Below the pieces are notes generated by a model. That model saw only the letters and a program-made list of their open reading frames with translations. It was not told the origin of the DNA and searched no databases. A program made the translations under genes and the position numbers. From Candidatus Eiseniibacteriota bacterium (lineage in GTDB: Bacteria > Orphanbacterota > Orphanbacteria > Orphanbacterales > Orphanbacteraceae), in the NCBI GenBank assembly GCA_024276995.1, contig JAJRWB010000041.1, positions 91,015-155,014 of the forward strand: 64,000 nucleotides of DNA, written 5' to 3'. Position 1 is the first letter of the stretch. Each line of letters begins with the position of its first letter. Below, in pieces: positions 39,681-48,181 of the stretch.

Positions 39681-40438
39681 GGCGGCTGGTTCAATGGGAG
39701 GGCGCCGAGACACTCCCCGACCGGGATGTCGTGCTGAGATACCAGGGGATTTCGAAGGGGCGCGAGGTGCCGGAGCGGATCGAGCGGCTCTACGAGGAAG
39801 GGGGCGCTCTTTATCTCGACGCCGCTCGACCGCACGCTGTGGTGGAGACGATCGGCGTGGACCGGTTCGCAAAGGTGCACGAAGGGGAGGGGCGGAACTC
39901 CGCCGACTCGCCGTTGGCGCGGATCTTCCCGCGGGCGTCGCGACTCGAGCTTTTCGCCGCCACCCTCGGGAATGCGATCTGTGACGACATCGCCCGTCGT
40001 TTTCGCGAGGGTGACTACGCGACGGCGGCGATGCTCGACTCGTTCGCGTCGGCCGGCGCCGAGAAAATGGCGGCGCTTCTCGAAGAGGCGACGGAGGGAA
40101 GCGTGGCAGGGAGGAACGGGCGGGGGGCGGCCGCAGCCGTCACGCTTGCGTACAGCCCCGGCTACTGCGGCTGGCACGTGAGCGGGCAGGCGAAACTTTT
40201 CGCCGCGCTTCGCCCGGCGGAAGCGGGCGTGGCGCTCAAGGAGGGGAGCTTCCTGATGGAGCCGCTCAAGTCGGTCTCGGGCGTTCTCGTCACGGGCGCA
40301 CCCGCCCTTCACCGCTTCGAGAACGATTTTCCCTTCTGTAGCGAGTGCGAGGGGAAGAGCTGCCTGATCCGGATGCGTGACATCGAAAGGAACCTCGCCC
40401 GGCATGAACCGCCGGGCGCGGCGGGAGGAGAGCGATGA
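39677..40438 (+). CDS. methionine-synthase-type reactivation domain (Met_synt_B12-like) stand-alone protein
   Basis: 253 aa; LAYSPGYCGWHVSGQ resembles the MetH AdoMet-binding (P/A)PGYPACP motif; start overlaps the mttB stop (ATGA) and stop overlaps the next start. Confidence 0.55.
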   Translation: MRRLVQWEGAETLPDRDVVLRYQGISKGREVPERIERLYEEGGALYLDAARPHAVVETIGVDRFAKVHEGEGRNSADSPLARIFPRASRLELFAATLGNAICDDIARRFREGDYATAAMLDSFASAGAEKMAALLEEATEGSVAGRNGRGAAAAVTLAYSPGYCGWHVSGQAKLFAALRPAEAGVALKEGSFLMEPLKSVSGVLVTGAPALHRFENDFPFCSECEGKSCLIRMRDIERNLARHEPPGAAGGER

Positions 40439-41079
40439 ATCAGCTCGAGCGGATCGCCGCCGCCCTGGAAAAGGGCGAAGTCGAAACGGTGATCGAATTG
40501 ACGAACGAGGCGCTCGGCGCGGGGCTCGACCCGGGAAGAATCGTCGACGACGGCTTGATCGCGGGGATGACCGTGGTGGGCGGGCTCTTCCGGAAACACG
40601 AGATCTTTCTCCCCGACGTGCTGATGGCGGCGAAGGCGATGAACGGAGCGATGGAGATCGTGAAGCCGCTCCTCACCGGCGGCGGAGGGCGCGGTCTCGG
40701 CCGCGTGGTGATCGGCACGATCGAAGGCGACCTGCACGACATCGGGAAGAACCTCGTCGGCGTCATGCTGAAAGGGGCCGGCTTCGACGTGATCGATCTG
40801 GGCAGCGACGTGTCACCCGGTCGCTTCGTCGATACGGCGGTCGAGAGCGGCGCTTCGGTGATCGGCATGTCCGCCCTCCTCACCACGACGATGGCGAACA
40901 TGGAAAAAGCGGTGCGCCTCGTGAAGGAACGCCGCCTTGACGAGAAGATCCGCGTGATCGTCGGGGGGGCGCCGCTGTCGGAGGAGTTCGCCGCGCGGAT
41001 CGGTGCCGACGCCTACGGCTTCGACGCGTCGAGCGCCGTGGAGCGCGTGGCGAAGCTCGTCGGCGAAGCGACACGATGA
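40435..41079 (+). CDS. cobalamin-binding corrinoid protein (B12-binding cap + Rossmann domain)
   Basis: GTIEGDLHDIGKNLV is the DxHxxG B12 motif, then MSALLTTTM and GGAPLS; 214 aa, typical of MtmC/MttC/MtgC-type corrinoid proteins. Confidence 0.85.
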   Translation: MNQLERIAAALEKGEVETVIELTNEALGAGLDPGRIVDDGLIAGMTVVGGLFRKHEIFLPDVLMAAKAMNGAMEIVKPLLTGGGGRGLGRVVIGTIEGDLHDIGKNLVGVMLKGAGFDVIDLGSDVSPGRFVDTAVESGASVIGMSALLTTTMANMEKAVRLVKERRLDEKIRVIVGGAPLSEEFAARIGADAYGFDASSAVERVAKLVGEATR

Positions 41080-41972
41080 AACCGTTCCGCGCGCGCCTCG
41101 CCGCCGGCGATCTCCTCGTTTCCGACGGGGCGATGGGGACGATGATCCTCTCGAAGGGTTTCGATACTCTCGCGACTCTTGAATCGCTCAACCTGGAACA
41201 CCCGGATATTCTCGAAGAGATCGCCGCCGAGTACATCGCCGCGGGCGCCGATATCGTGGAGACGAACACCTTCGGCGCGTCGCCGATGAAGCTCGCCGGC
41301 TACGGGCTGGCGGACGAGGCGGAAGCGATCAACCGCGCGGCCGTGAAGGCGGCGCGCTGTGCGGCCAACCGCGCGGGCGGCCGCTACGTCGCCGGCAGCG
41401 TCGGCCCGACGGGAAAGCTTCTCGAGCCTTACGGCGATGGAAAACCATCGGCCTTGCGCGCATCGTTCGCCGAGCAGATCGCCGTTCTCGCTGCGGAGGG
41501 CGTCGATGCGGTCTTCATCGAGACGATGACCGATCTCGAAGAAGCGCTCCTCGCCCTCGGCGCGGCCCGCGAAGTCGCCCCGTCGATCCCCGTCGCCGTG
41601 ACGCTCACCTTCGACGAGACCCCCCGCGGTTTCTTCACCCTCATGGGACAGCCGCTCGAACGCGCGGCGGGCGAACTCAAGCACTCGGGCGCCGACCTCG
41701 TCGGCACGAACTGCGGCAACGGCATCGAAACGATGATCCGCGCCACCGCCGCCCTGCGCGCCGCGGGCACCCTTCCGATTCTCGTGCAGTCGAACGCCGG
41801 CCTTCCCGAGGCGGCGGAACGCGGCGTCGTCTACCCAGAGACGCCCGATTTCTTTCGGCGGAAGGGCGAAGAGCTGATCACCTCAGGGGCGAACATCATC
41901 GGCGGCTGCTGCGGCACGACACCGGAACATATTCGCGCCCTTTGCGCGGCTGGCGAAAGGCGACTATCTTGA
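41076..41972 (+). CDS. homocysteine S-methyltransferase domain protein (Pfam S-methyl_trans / MetH Hcy-binding module)
   Basis: VETNTFGAS, GTNCGNG, IIGGCCGTTPEHI (zinc-ligand Cys triad); start overlaps the corrinoid gene stop. Confidence 0.8.
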   Translation: MKPFRARLAAGDLLVSDGAMGTMILSKGFDTLATLESLNLEHPDILEEIAAEYIAAGADIVETNTFGASPMKLAGYGLADEAEAINRAAVKAARCAANRAGGRYVAGSVGPTGKLLEPYGDGKPSALRASFAEQIAVLAAEGVDAVFIETMTDLEEALLALGAAREVAPSIPVAVTLTFDETPRGFFTLMGQPLERAAGELKHSGADLVGTNCGNGIETMIRATAALRAAGTLPILVQSNAGLPEAAERGVVYPETPDFFRRKGEELITSGANIIGGCCGTTPEHIRALCAAGERRLS

Positions 41973-42217
41973 ATCATAGATGAGAGAATCGAGAAAATAT
42001 AAGGTTGGCTCGTATGATCCCTCGGCACGGAAATCCACACTCTCCTTCGGACGCACCTGATCCGCCGGGATCGCTCCGGTGTCACGATCTCCCTCTGTCC
42101 GGTCAGATATATGCAGCCTGTACGTATTCCGTATCGAAAGATGTCGTATCCGCTATCCGGGAATTCCGGACATGCCGGAGGGCATCGTAATACCGGATTC
42201 CGGTCGGAGGATTTATC

Positions 42218-43054
42218 ATGAAGGTGCAGTATCTGATAATCGTGATCGTAGTGTGCGCGTTGCTCGTCGGGTGCGGCGCGATGATCCCCGCGGGTTCCCG
42301 GGGGCTGGCGAATAACGCGTTCGGTAAGCCCGGTCTCCAGGAAGATACCAAGGAGGAGGGATTCTACTTTCAGTGGCCCTGGAACAAGATGGTCGTCTAC
42401 GACATGACCTGGAAAACAGAAACCGTCGATGTCGACGTGCTCACCGCCGACGATCTCCATGTTCCGACCACGGTGGCGGTGACCTATCGCCCGCTGGAGT
42501 CGGAGCTATACCGGCTGCACACCGAAATCGGACAGAACTACTACGAAGATGTCATCCGTCCCGTTTTCAAGACGCAGGTCCGCTCCGAATTCGCGCGTTT
42601 CGAGCACAATGATCTCGCCCGCGAAAGTCCGACCATCGAAGCGGATATCCGCGATCGGATGATCAAGGAGTTCGGGGACATGCCGTTCGAAATCGGCGCG
42701 GTGTCGGTGGAGCATATCCGATTCGACGAAAGGGTCACCAAGTCGATCTCACAGAAACTCGCCATGGAGCAGGCGGCGGAGCAGAAGGAATTCGAGTTGA
42801 CCATCGCAAAGGAGGACGCGGAGATCGAGCGGTCGAGGGCCCGAGGACACAGCGATGCGATCCGTATCGAAGCGGAGGGGGAAGCGCAGTCGATCATCCT
42901 GAAGGCGGACGCCCAGGGGAAGGCTCAGGAACTTATCACGAAGACGCTGACGCCGAACTACCTCCGTTACAAAGCATTCGACAGCGAGTCGACGCGGTAC
43001 TATTTCGTGCCGATCGGTAAGGACGGGATGCCGCTGCTCATCAATACGCAGTAG
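42218..43054 (+). CDS. SPFH/band-7 (prohibitin/HflK-C-like) domain lipoprotein
   Basis: Lipobox LLVGCGA; SPFH core (FYFQWPWNKMVVYDMT...LTADDLHVPTTVAVTYR) and coiled-coil C-terminus (AMEQAAEQKEFELTIAKEDAEIERSRA). Confidence 0.8.
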   Translation: MKVQYLIIVIVVCALLVGCGAMIPAGSRGLANNAFGKPGLQEDTKEEGFYFQWPWNKMVVYDMTWKTETVDVDVLTADDLHVPTTVAVTYRPLESELYRLHTEIGQNYYEDVIRPVFKTQVRSEFARFEHNDLARESPTIEADIRDRMIKEFGDMPFEIGAVSVEHIRFDERVTKSISQKLAMEQAAEQKEFELTIAKEDAEIERSRARGHSDAIRIEAEGEAQSIILKADAQGKAQELITKTLTPNYLRYKAFDSESTRYYFVPIGKDGMPLLINTQ

Positions 43055-43194
43055 CGTGACCGCCGCCGATCGAATCGTTCCTTGTCGCCGGTTGTGGTAT
43101 GGTATATTGTCGTGGATACGTTGTCCCTTCGGCCCGGTTCTTGGGGGGAACGTGCCGGCGAGTTCGATCGGGAAAACGGGATTGGGGGACTGCC

Positions 43195-43461
43195 ATGGTG
43201 CGGATAGCTGCGGGAACGGCGGCGGGCGGCGGGAGCTTTCTCCGATTGTTGCCGCTGGTCGTGTTCGCCTTTCTGGTTCTCCCGACTTTCTCCTGCAACG
43301 AAGATCCCGGGGATTCACCCGCGCAGCTGCCCGATGAGGACGGCAAAGTCCTCTTCGAGTTCCTGCTGGCCAATGCCCCGGATGCGGTGCTGAAGGTGCC
43401 ATGTTCGTGCTGCGGCGAGGAACTCCGGTGGTGTTACGAGGGCGGCTGTCCCTACACGTGA
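43195..43461 (+). CDS. small Cys-rich lipoprotein (88 aa)
   Basis: MVRIAAGTAAGGGSFLRLLPLVVFAFLVLPTFSCNEDPGD signal + lipobox; C-terminal CSCCGEELRWCYEGGCPYT; in-frame TGA then coding-like sequence follows (see findings). Confidence 0.45.
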   Translation: MVRIAAGTAAGGGSFLRLLPLVVFAFLVLPTFSCNEDPGDSPAQLPDEDGKVLFEFLLANAPDAVLKVPCSCCGEELRWCYEGGCPYT

Positions 43462-43593
43462 GGCTCCTGCAACGAGTAAGGCCGTGTCGCCTACCGAATG
43501 TACAATGAGGGCGCCAGCGAGGAGGAGATCCTCGATTATATCAATGAGACGTATTTCTGAGCCTTAACCGGGCGCCTTTCCTCCCGTTCCCGT

Positions 43594-44694
43594 TTGGTAT
43601 CAGTGTATATGCCCATGGCTCCCCTCAACGTACGTGCGGTTCGCATACATTACCGTCACTGGGGGCGTTATTCAGGGTTCAACCAGCTTCTCCGCCATCT
43701 CGATCCGTCCCGTATCGCCGTCGATACGCAGACCGTTCCCCTCCAGCCGGAGAAACCACGGAAACTCGATCGGTTTTCGAAGGATCTGGCGGAATCGCTC
43801 TCGGGAGGACGGTGCGTCAACTGGTACACGTCGATCGATCTGGGTGCCGACCTTCTCACTTCGTTCAAGGCGATGTTGAAGCGAATCGATGTGGTCCACT
43901 ATCTCGACGGAGAACACTCCCTCGGTCCTCTCCCCGATTTCCTTCGCGAAAACCGCCTTCTGAGACATCGTCCCCGCGTGGTGGCGACGTTCCATCAGCC
44001 TCCCGCCTGGCTGGAGGAGATCGTTACCGGAGAGAACCTGCGATCCGTCGACCGAATCACCGTCGTGTCGAGGGAGCAGGAAGACTTCTTCCGCCGCCTC
44101 GCACCCGGCTGTCCGGTTTCCTTTATCCCTCATGGAGTGGATATTGATTTTTTCCGGCCCGGCCCGCGCCGCGACGGAGACGGTGCATTCCGTTGTCTCA
44201 CTGTGGGGAGCTGGATGCGAAACATGGACATCGTTCTGGCGATCGCGAAGCGGATGAGCGGCCGTGCCGGCCTGGAATTCCATCTTGTTTCGCCCGACGG
44301 AGCGGGCGCCGGTCCATCGAACGTGAGCTTCCACAGGAACGTGTCGGATGAAGCACTTCGAGATCTCTACAGGAGCGCCGATCTTCTGTTGATGCCCCTC
44401 CATGATTGCACGGCGAACAACGCCCTGCTCGAAGGGATCGCCTGCGGCGTTCCGGTGGCAGCGACCGATCTTCCCGGCGTGAGGGACTATCTGCCCGGCG
44501 ATGAGGCGGTGCGAATCGATGCACAAGCCTGTCCGGCCGTCTGGGAAGAGACGATTCTGCGACTTCGGGATAACCCGGACTCCCTCGATGCGATGTCGAA
44601 AAGCGCCCGCGCCCGCGCGGAGCGGTATGACTGGCGACGAATCGCGTCTTCGTTCGAAGCCCTCTACGCGGAGGTCGTAAGTGCCGATCAGTAG
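43594..44694 (+). CDS. glycosyltransferase family 4
   Basis: GT4 C-terminal motif LHDCTANNALLEGIACGVPVAATD (E-x7-E-like donor-binding region). Confidence 0.75.
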   Translation: MVSVYMPMAPLNVRAVRIHYRHWGRYSGFNQLLRHLDPSRIAVDTQTVPLQPEKPRKLDRFSKDLAESLSGGRCVNWYTSIDLGADLLTSFKAMLKRIDVVHYLDGEHSLGPLPDFLRENRLLRHRPRVVATFHQPPAWLEEIVTGENLRSVDRITVVSREQEDFFRRLAPGCPVSFIPHGVDIDFFRPGPRRDGDGAFRCLTVGSWMRNMDIVLAIAKRMSGRAGLEFHLVSPDGAGAGPSNVSFHRNVSDEALRDLYRSADLLLMPLHDCTANNALLEGIACGVPVAATDLPGVRDYLPGDEAVRIDAQACPAVWEETILRLRDNPDSLDAMSKSARARAERYDWRRIASSFEALYAEVVSADQ

Positions 44695-44720
44695 AGGGAG
44701 TATCCGGGGGCCTGATCCGC

Positions 44721-45671
44721 ATGATTCGTTCGCTGCGCCATAGACTGCGACGGTATGTCGAAAAACGTCCTCGTAAATCGCTGACTATTTTCGCCTACCA
44801 CGGCATCTGCGCGCGCCCCCTCCCGATCCCTGATCCCTGTTTCCTGACCGGTGAGGTTTTTTCCGCGCAATTGGACATCATCTCCGGTTCGTACAGGATG
44901 CTTCCCCTGGCCCGGGGGATCGATCTCCTGCGACGCGGCCGGATCGACGAACCGTGCGCCGCGCTCACCTTCGATGACGGCTTCGCGGGACTCTATCACG
45001 AAGTCTTTCCCCTCCTTCGAGAACGGAACGTGCCGGCCGCGTCATTCCCGGTGGCGTCTCTCGTCGGGAGCGACGATACGATCTGGTTCTGCAGGGTGAT
45101 CGATTCGTTCGCCCGAACGAAACACCGGTCGATCGAGTGGGAAGGGAGCGTTTTCGATCTTTCATCCGCCGAGGGCCGGACGGCGGCCTCGATCCATGTC
45201 CAGGAACAATTGAAATATGAGACGAACGCCAAGATGGAAGAGCGTCTTTCGCAGCTCGCCGCCGCTCTCGATGTGGAGCCGGAGATCCCGCCGACGGACG
45301 ACTCGCCGTTCCGGATGTTGAATTCCGCGCAGATTGCGGAGATGGCGGATTCGGGTCTTGTCGAATTCGGCGGTCACGGCATGAAGCACACGATTCTTTC
45401 GCTCCTGCCCGCCGCCGAGTTGGAGCGGGAGGTGGCCGGATCGATCGAAACGATCGGCGCCTTGTCCCGGCGGGAAATCGACCTGTTCGCCTATCCGAAC
45501 GGGAGGCGGGACGACTATGGAAGAGAGACGATCGACATGCTCCGTCGCTTCGGGATCCGCGCCGCCGTGACCATGCGGCACGGCAGGGCGGTGCGTCGCT
45601 CGCCCGAGCTGGAACTGCCGCGCTACTGGGTGGATGAGCATACGCCGCCCGAGGATCTTCGATTTCCATGA
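44721..45671 (+). CDS. polysaccharide deacetylase (NodB homology domain)
   Basis: LTFDDGFAGLY NodB motif 1, HGMKH motif. Confidence 0.7.
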   Translation: MIRSLRHRLRRYVEKRPRKSLTIFAYHGICARPLPIPDPCFLTGEVFSAQLDIISGSYRMLPLARGIDLLRRGRIDEPCAALTFDDGFAGLYHEVFPLLRERNVPAASFPVASLVGSDDTIWFCRVIDSFARTKHRSIEWEGSVFDLSSAEGRTAASIHVQEQLKYETNAKMEERLSQLAAALDVEPEIPPTDDSPFRMLNSAQIAEMADSGLVEFGGHGMKHTILSLLPAAELEREVAGSIETIGALSRREIDLFAYPNGRRDDYGRETIDMLRRFGIRAAVTMRHGRAVRRSPELELPRYWVDEHTPPEDLRFP

Positions 45672-46984
45672 TCCGACGGGTCTACCTGGTTCAGTGGTGG
45701 TTCGCCGAGGCCGGGGGGATGGAGCAGCATGTGGCGAACCTGGGGTGCGCTCTCGTTCGCCACGGCATCGATGTGGTCGTGTTCAGCCAGATGCCGGTTC
45801 CCCGGGGAAGCTGCTATGCGCGGCAACTGAAGGCCGCCGGCATCCCCGTGATCGGCCCGCCCGTCTGGACTTTCCGGTTCGCCCACAACAAGGAGTTTCG
45901 CAGGAGAATCCGCCGCGTCTTGTGGGCGCTTCTTTCCCCCTTGATCTTCACCCAGCGTCTCTGGTGGAAGGTGTTCGGATACCCCGGCGCGAGGCGCGAC
46001 ATGGTCGATAGGGTGAGCGACGTGGTCTATCTCGATTACTCCCGCGTTCTCCTGAAAAAACTGATCGATGTCCGCCGACTTTTCTTCCCGCCCGACGTGA
46101 TGCACGTCCATGGTTTCCGCCTCGATCAGGTGTGGCTCCTCCCATGGGCGCGGGAGCGGGGTATAGCGACGGTCTACACGGAACACGGCACCGTGAGCGA
46201 CTGGGACGGGCTCTATGAAAAAGAGGCGTCGGAGTGGCTTCTCGAAGGGGGGGTGATCGCATGCGTGTCGAACCGTTCCCGACGGAGTCTGCGCGAGTTC
46301 ATACCCGCCGACACGCCGGTGGAGATCGTTCCCCATATTGTCGAAGCGCCGCAGTCGCCCGTGGACGTCGCCGCGACGGGAGGGCGCGGCGGCTCGAAGG
46401 TGAACGCGACGTGCATCGCCAGGCTGCAAGAGGAGAAGGGAATCGACGACCTTGTCGATGCGATGGAGATCGTCGCCTCCGGCGATGTTCCCGTGCGGCT
46501 GATCCTGGCGGGCGATGGCCCGGCCCGGCCCCGCCTGGAAGAGAAGGTCCGCCGTCTCGGCCTCGGGAAACGGATCCGATTCCACGGATCGTTCCTCCCC
46601 TCGGAGCTTCCCGCCCTCATGAAAAGGACCGACATGATCGTTATCCCATCGCGTACCGAGGGGCTTCCGATCACTCTGATCGAGGCGATGGCGTACGGCC
46701 GGCCGATCGTGGCGACGAAGGTCGGCGGTATCCCGGAAGTGATCCGCCATGGGGAAAGCGGTCTCCTCGTCGAGCCGACTTCCCCCGAATCGCTCGCCGC
46801 GGGCATCGCGCGCCTGGCCGCCGACGGCGCGCTGCGGGATCGCTTCGCCCGGGAGGCGCGGCGCGATTTCGAGGTGGGAGGTTATGGGGAAGAGTCGGTT
46901 GTCGCGGCGACCGGAGCACTCTATGAAACGGCGCTTCGCCGGCGCGCCGACGCGGCGAAGAACGGTGCGGCATGCGCATTCTGA
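45668..46984 (+). CDS. glycosyltransferase family 4
   Basis: PSRTEGLPITLIEAMAYGRPIVATKVGGIPEVI GT4 signature; overlaps upstream stop (ATGA). Confidence 0.8.
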   Translation: MIRRVYLVQWWFAEAGGMEQHVANLGCALVRHGIDVVVFSQMPVPRGSCYARQLKAAGIPVIGPPVWTFRFAHNKEFRRRIRRVLWALLSPLIFTQRLWWKVFGYPGARRDMVDRVSDVVYLDYSRVLLKKLIDVRRLFFPPDVMHVHGFRLDQVWLLPWARERGIATVYTEHGTVSDWDGLYEKEASEWLLEGGVIACVSNRSRRSLREFIPADTPVEIVPHIVEAPQSPVDVAATGGRGGSKVNATCIARLQEEKGIDDLVDAMEIVASGDVPVRLILAGDGPARPRLEEKVRRLGLGKRIRFHGSFLPSELPALMKRTDMIVIPSRTEGLPITLIEAMAYGRPIVATKVGGIPEVIRHGESGLLVEPTSPESLAAGIARLAADGALRDRFAREARRDFEVGGYGEESVVAATGALYETALRRRADAAKNGAACAF

Positions 46985-48177
46985 TCATCAGCAACCTGGT
47001 GCCGTTGCCCCCCAACTCGGGTGGGCGGCTCAGGCAGTACCATCTCCTTCACCGGATCGTCGCGGCGGGGAAACACGAGGTGAGCTATGCGTGTCACCTC
47101 TGGGACGACGATGACAAGGCCGCGCTTCCCGAGCTTCGGAAGCTGTGCCGCCACGTGATCACCGGGTGGGTGCGCCGGAAGCCGTATGCGCGCCGGCTGC
47201 CCGTCATGGCGTCGTTCCTGCTGAAGGGACGGCCGCCGGAACTCGCCTTCTGGCGATCCGCCGAGCTGGCACGAAAGATCGGAAAGCTCTTGTCGAACGA
47301 GGAATTCGACGTCGTACAGATCGAGGAATCGCTCATGGCGTCGTATCTCGACGCCGTTCCCGCAACGTGCACGGCGAGGAAGATCCTCGTGTTTCACAAC
47401 ATCGGTTTCGACCAGTTCTCGAAGCTCGCCTCGATCTGCCCGGGATCGAAAGGGTGGTGGCATCGTTTCGGAGGGCTCATCTATTCCCGCTGGGAACCGG
47501 AGCTGACGAAGCGGTTCGACCGCTGCATCACGGTGTGCGATCGCGATCGCGACCTTCTCACGGAGCGCGCGGGCGCCGATCGCAAGGTCGCTGTGGTTCC
47601 CAACGGGGCGGACATCGGCGCGTGCCGTCCCCTCGGCGATCCGGAAACTCCCCCTTCGTTCCTCCTGATCGGCGATATGAACTATGAACCGTGCATCGAC
47701 GCGGCCCGCCGGTTCGCCATGGAGATTCTCCCCCGGATCCGGCGCCGAATCGACGGTGCGACTTTTCGCATCGTCGGGCGTGAGCCTTCACGCGCGGTCC
47801 GGCGGTTGCGGGGCGAATCGGTCGACGTCACCGGTGCCGTGAAGGAAGTGGCTCCCTGGTATGAGAAGTGCGCGGCCTGCGTGGTGCCTCTGCGCGCGGG
47901 GGGAGGGACGCGGCTCAAGATCCTCGAGGCGATGGCTCTCGGCCGCCCCGTGGTCTCCACGTCGATCGGAGCGGAAGGGCTCGACGTGCGCCACGGGGAG
48001 CATCTTCTCATCGGCGACGACGACGAGTCGTTCGCCGGCGAGGCGGTGCGCGCCGCCCGTGGAGGGGACGAGATCGCAGGAATGATCGAACGAGCGCGGC
48101 GGCTGGTGGCGTCGAAGTACGACTGGGACGGCATCGCCGTCCGGCAGAACCGGATCTATGAAGAAATGAGCCGATAG
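46972..48177 (+). CDS. glycosyltransferase family 4
   Basis: GGGTRLKILEAMALGRPVVSTSIGAEGL signature; 13-nt overlap with the upstream gene. Confidence 0.8.
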   Translation: MRILIISNLVPLPPNSGGRLRQYHLLHRIVAAGKHEVSYACHLWDDDDKAALPELRKLCRHVITGWVRRKPYARRLPVMASFLLKGRPPELAFWRSAELARKIGKLLSNEEFDVVQIEESLMASYLDAVPATCTARKILVFHNIGFDQFSKLASICPGSKGWWHRFGGLIYSRWEPELTKRFDRCITVCDRDRDLLTERAGADRKVAVVPNGADIGACRPLGDPETPPSFLLIGDMNYEPCIDAARRFAMEILPRIRRRIDGATFRIVGREPSRAVRRLRGESVDVTGAVKEVAPWYEKCAACVVPLRAGGGTRLKILEAMALGRPVVSTSIGAEGLDVRHGEHLLIGDDDESFAGEAVRAARGGDEIAGMIERARRLVASKYDWDGIAVRQNRIYEEMSR

Positions 48178-48181
48178 CGCT

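Noticed and set aside
38166-39872. 568-aa minus-strand ORF
   Set aside because: Antisense to the mttB homolog; R-rich translation without motifs.
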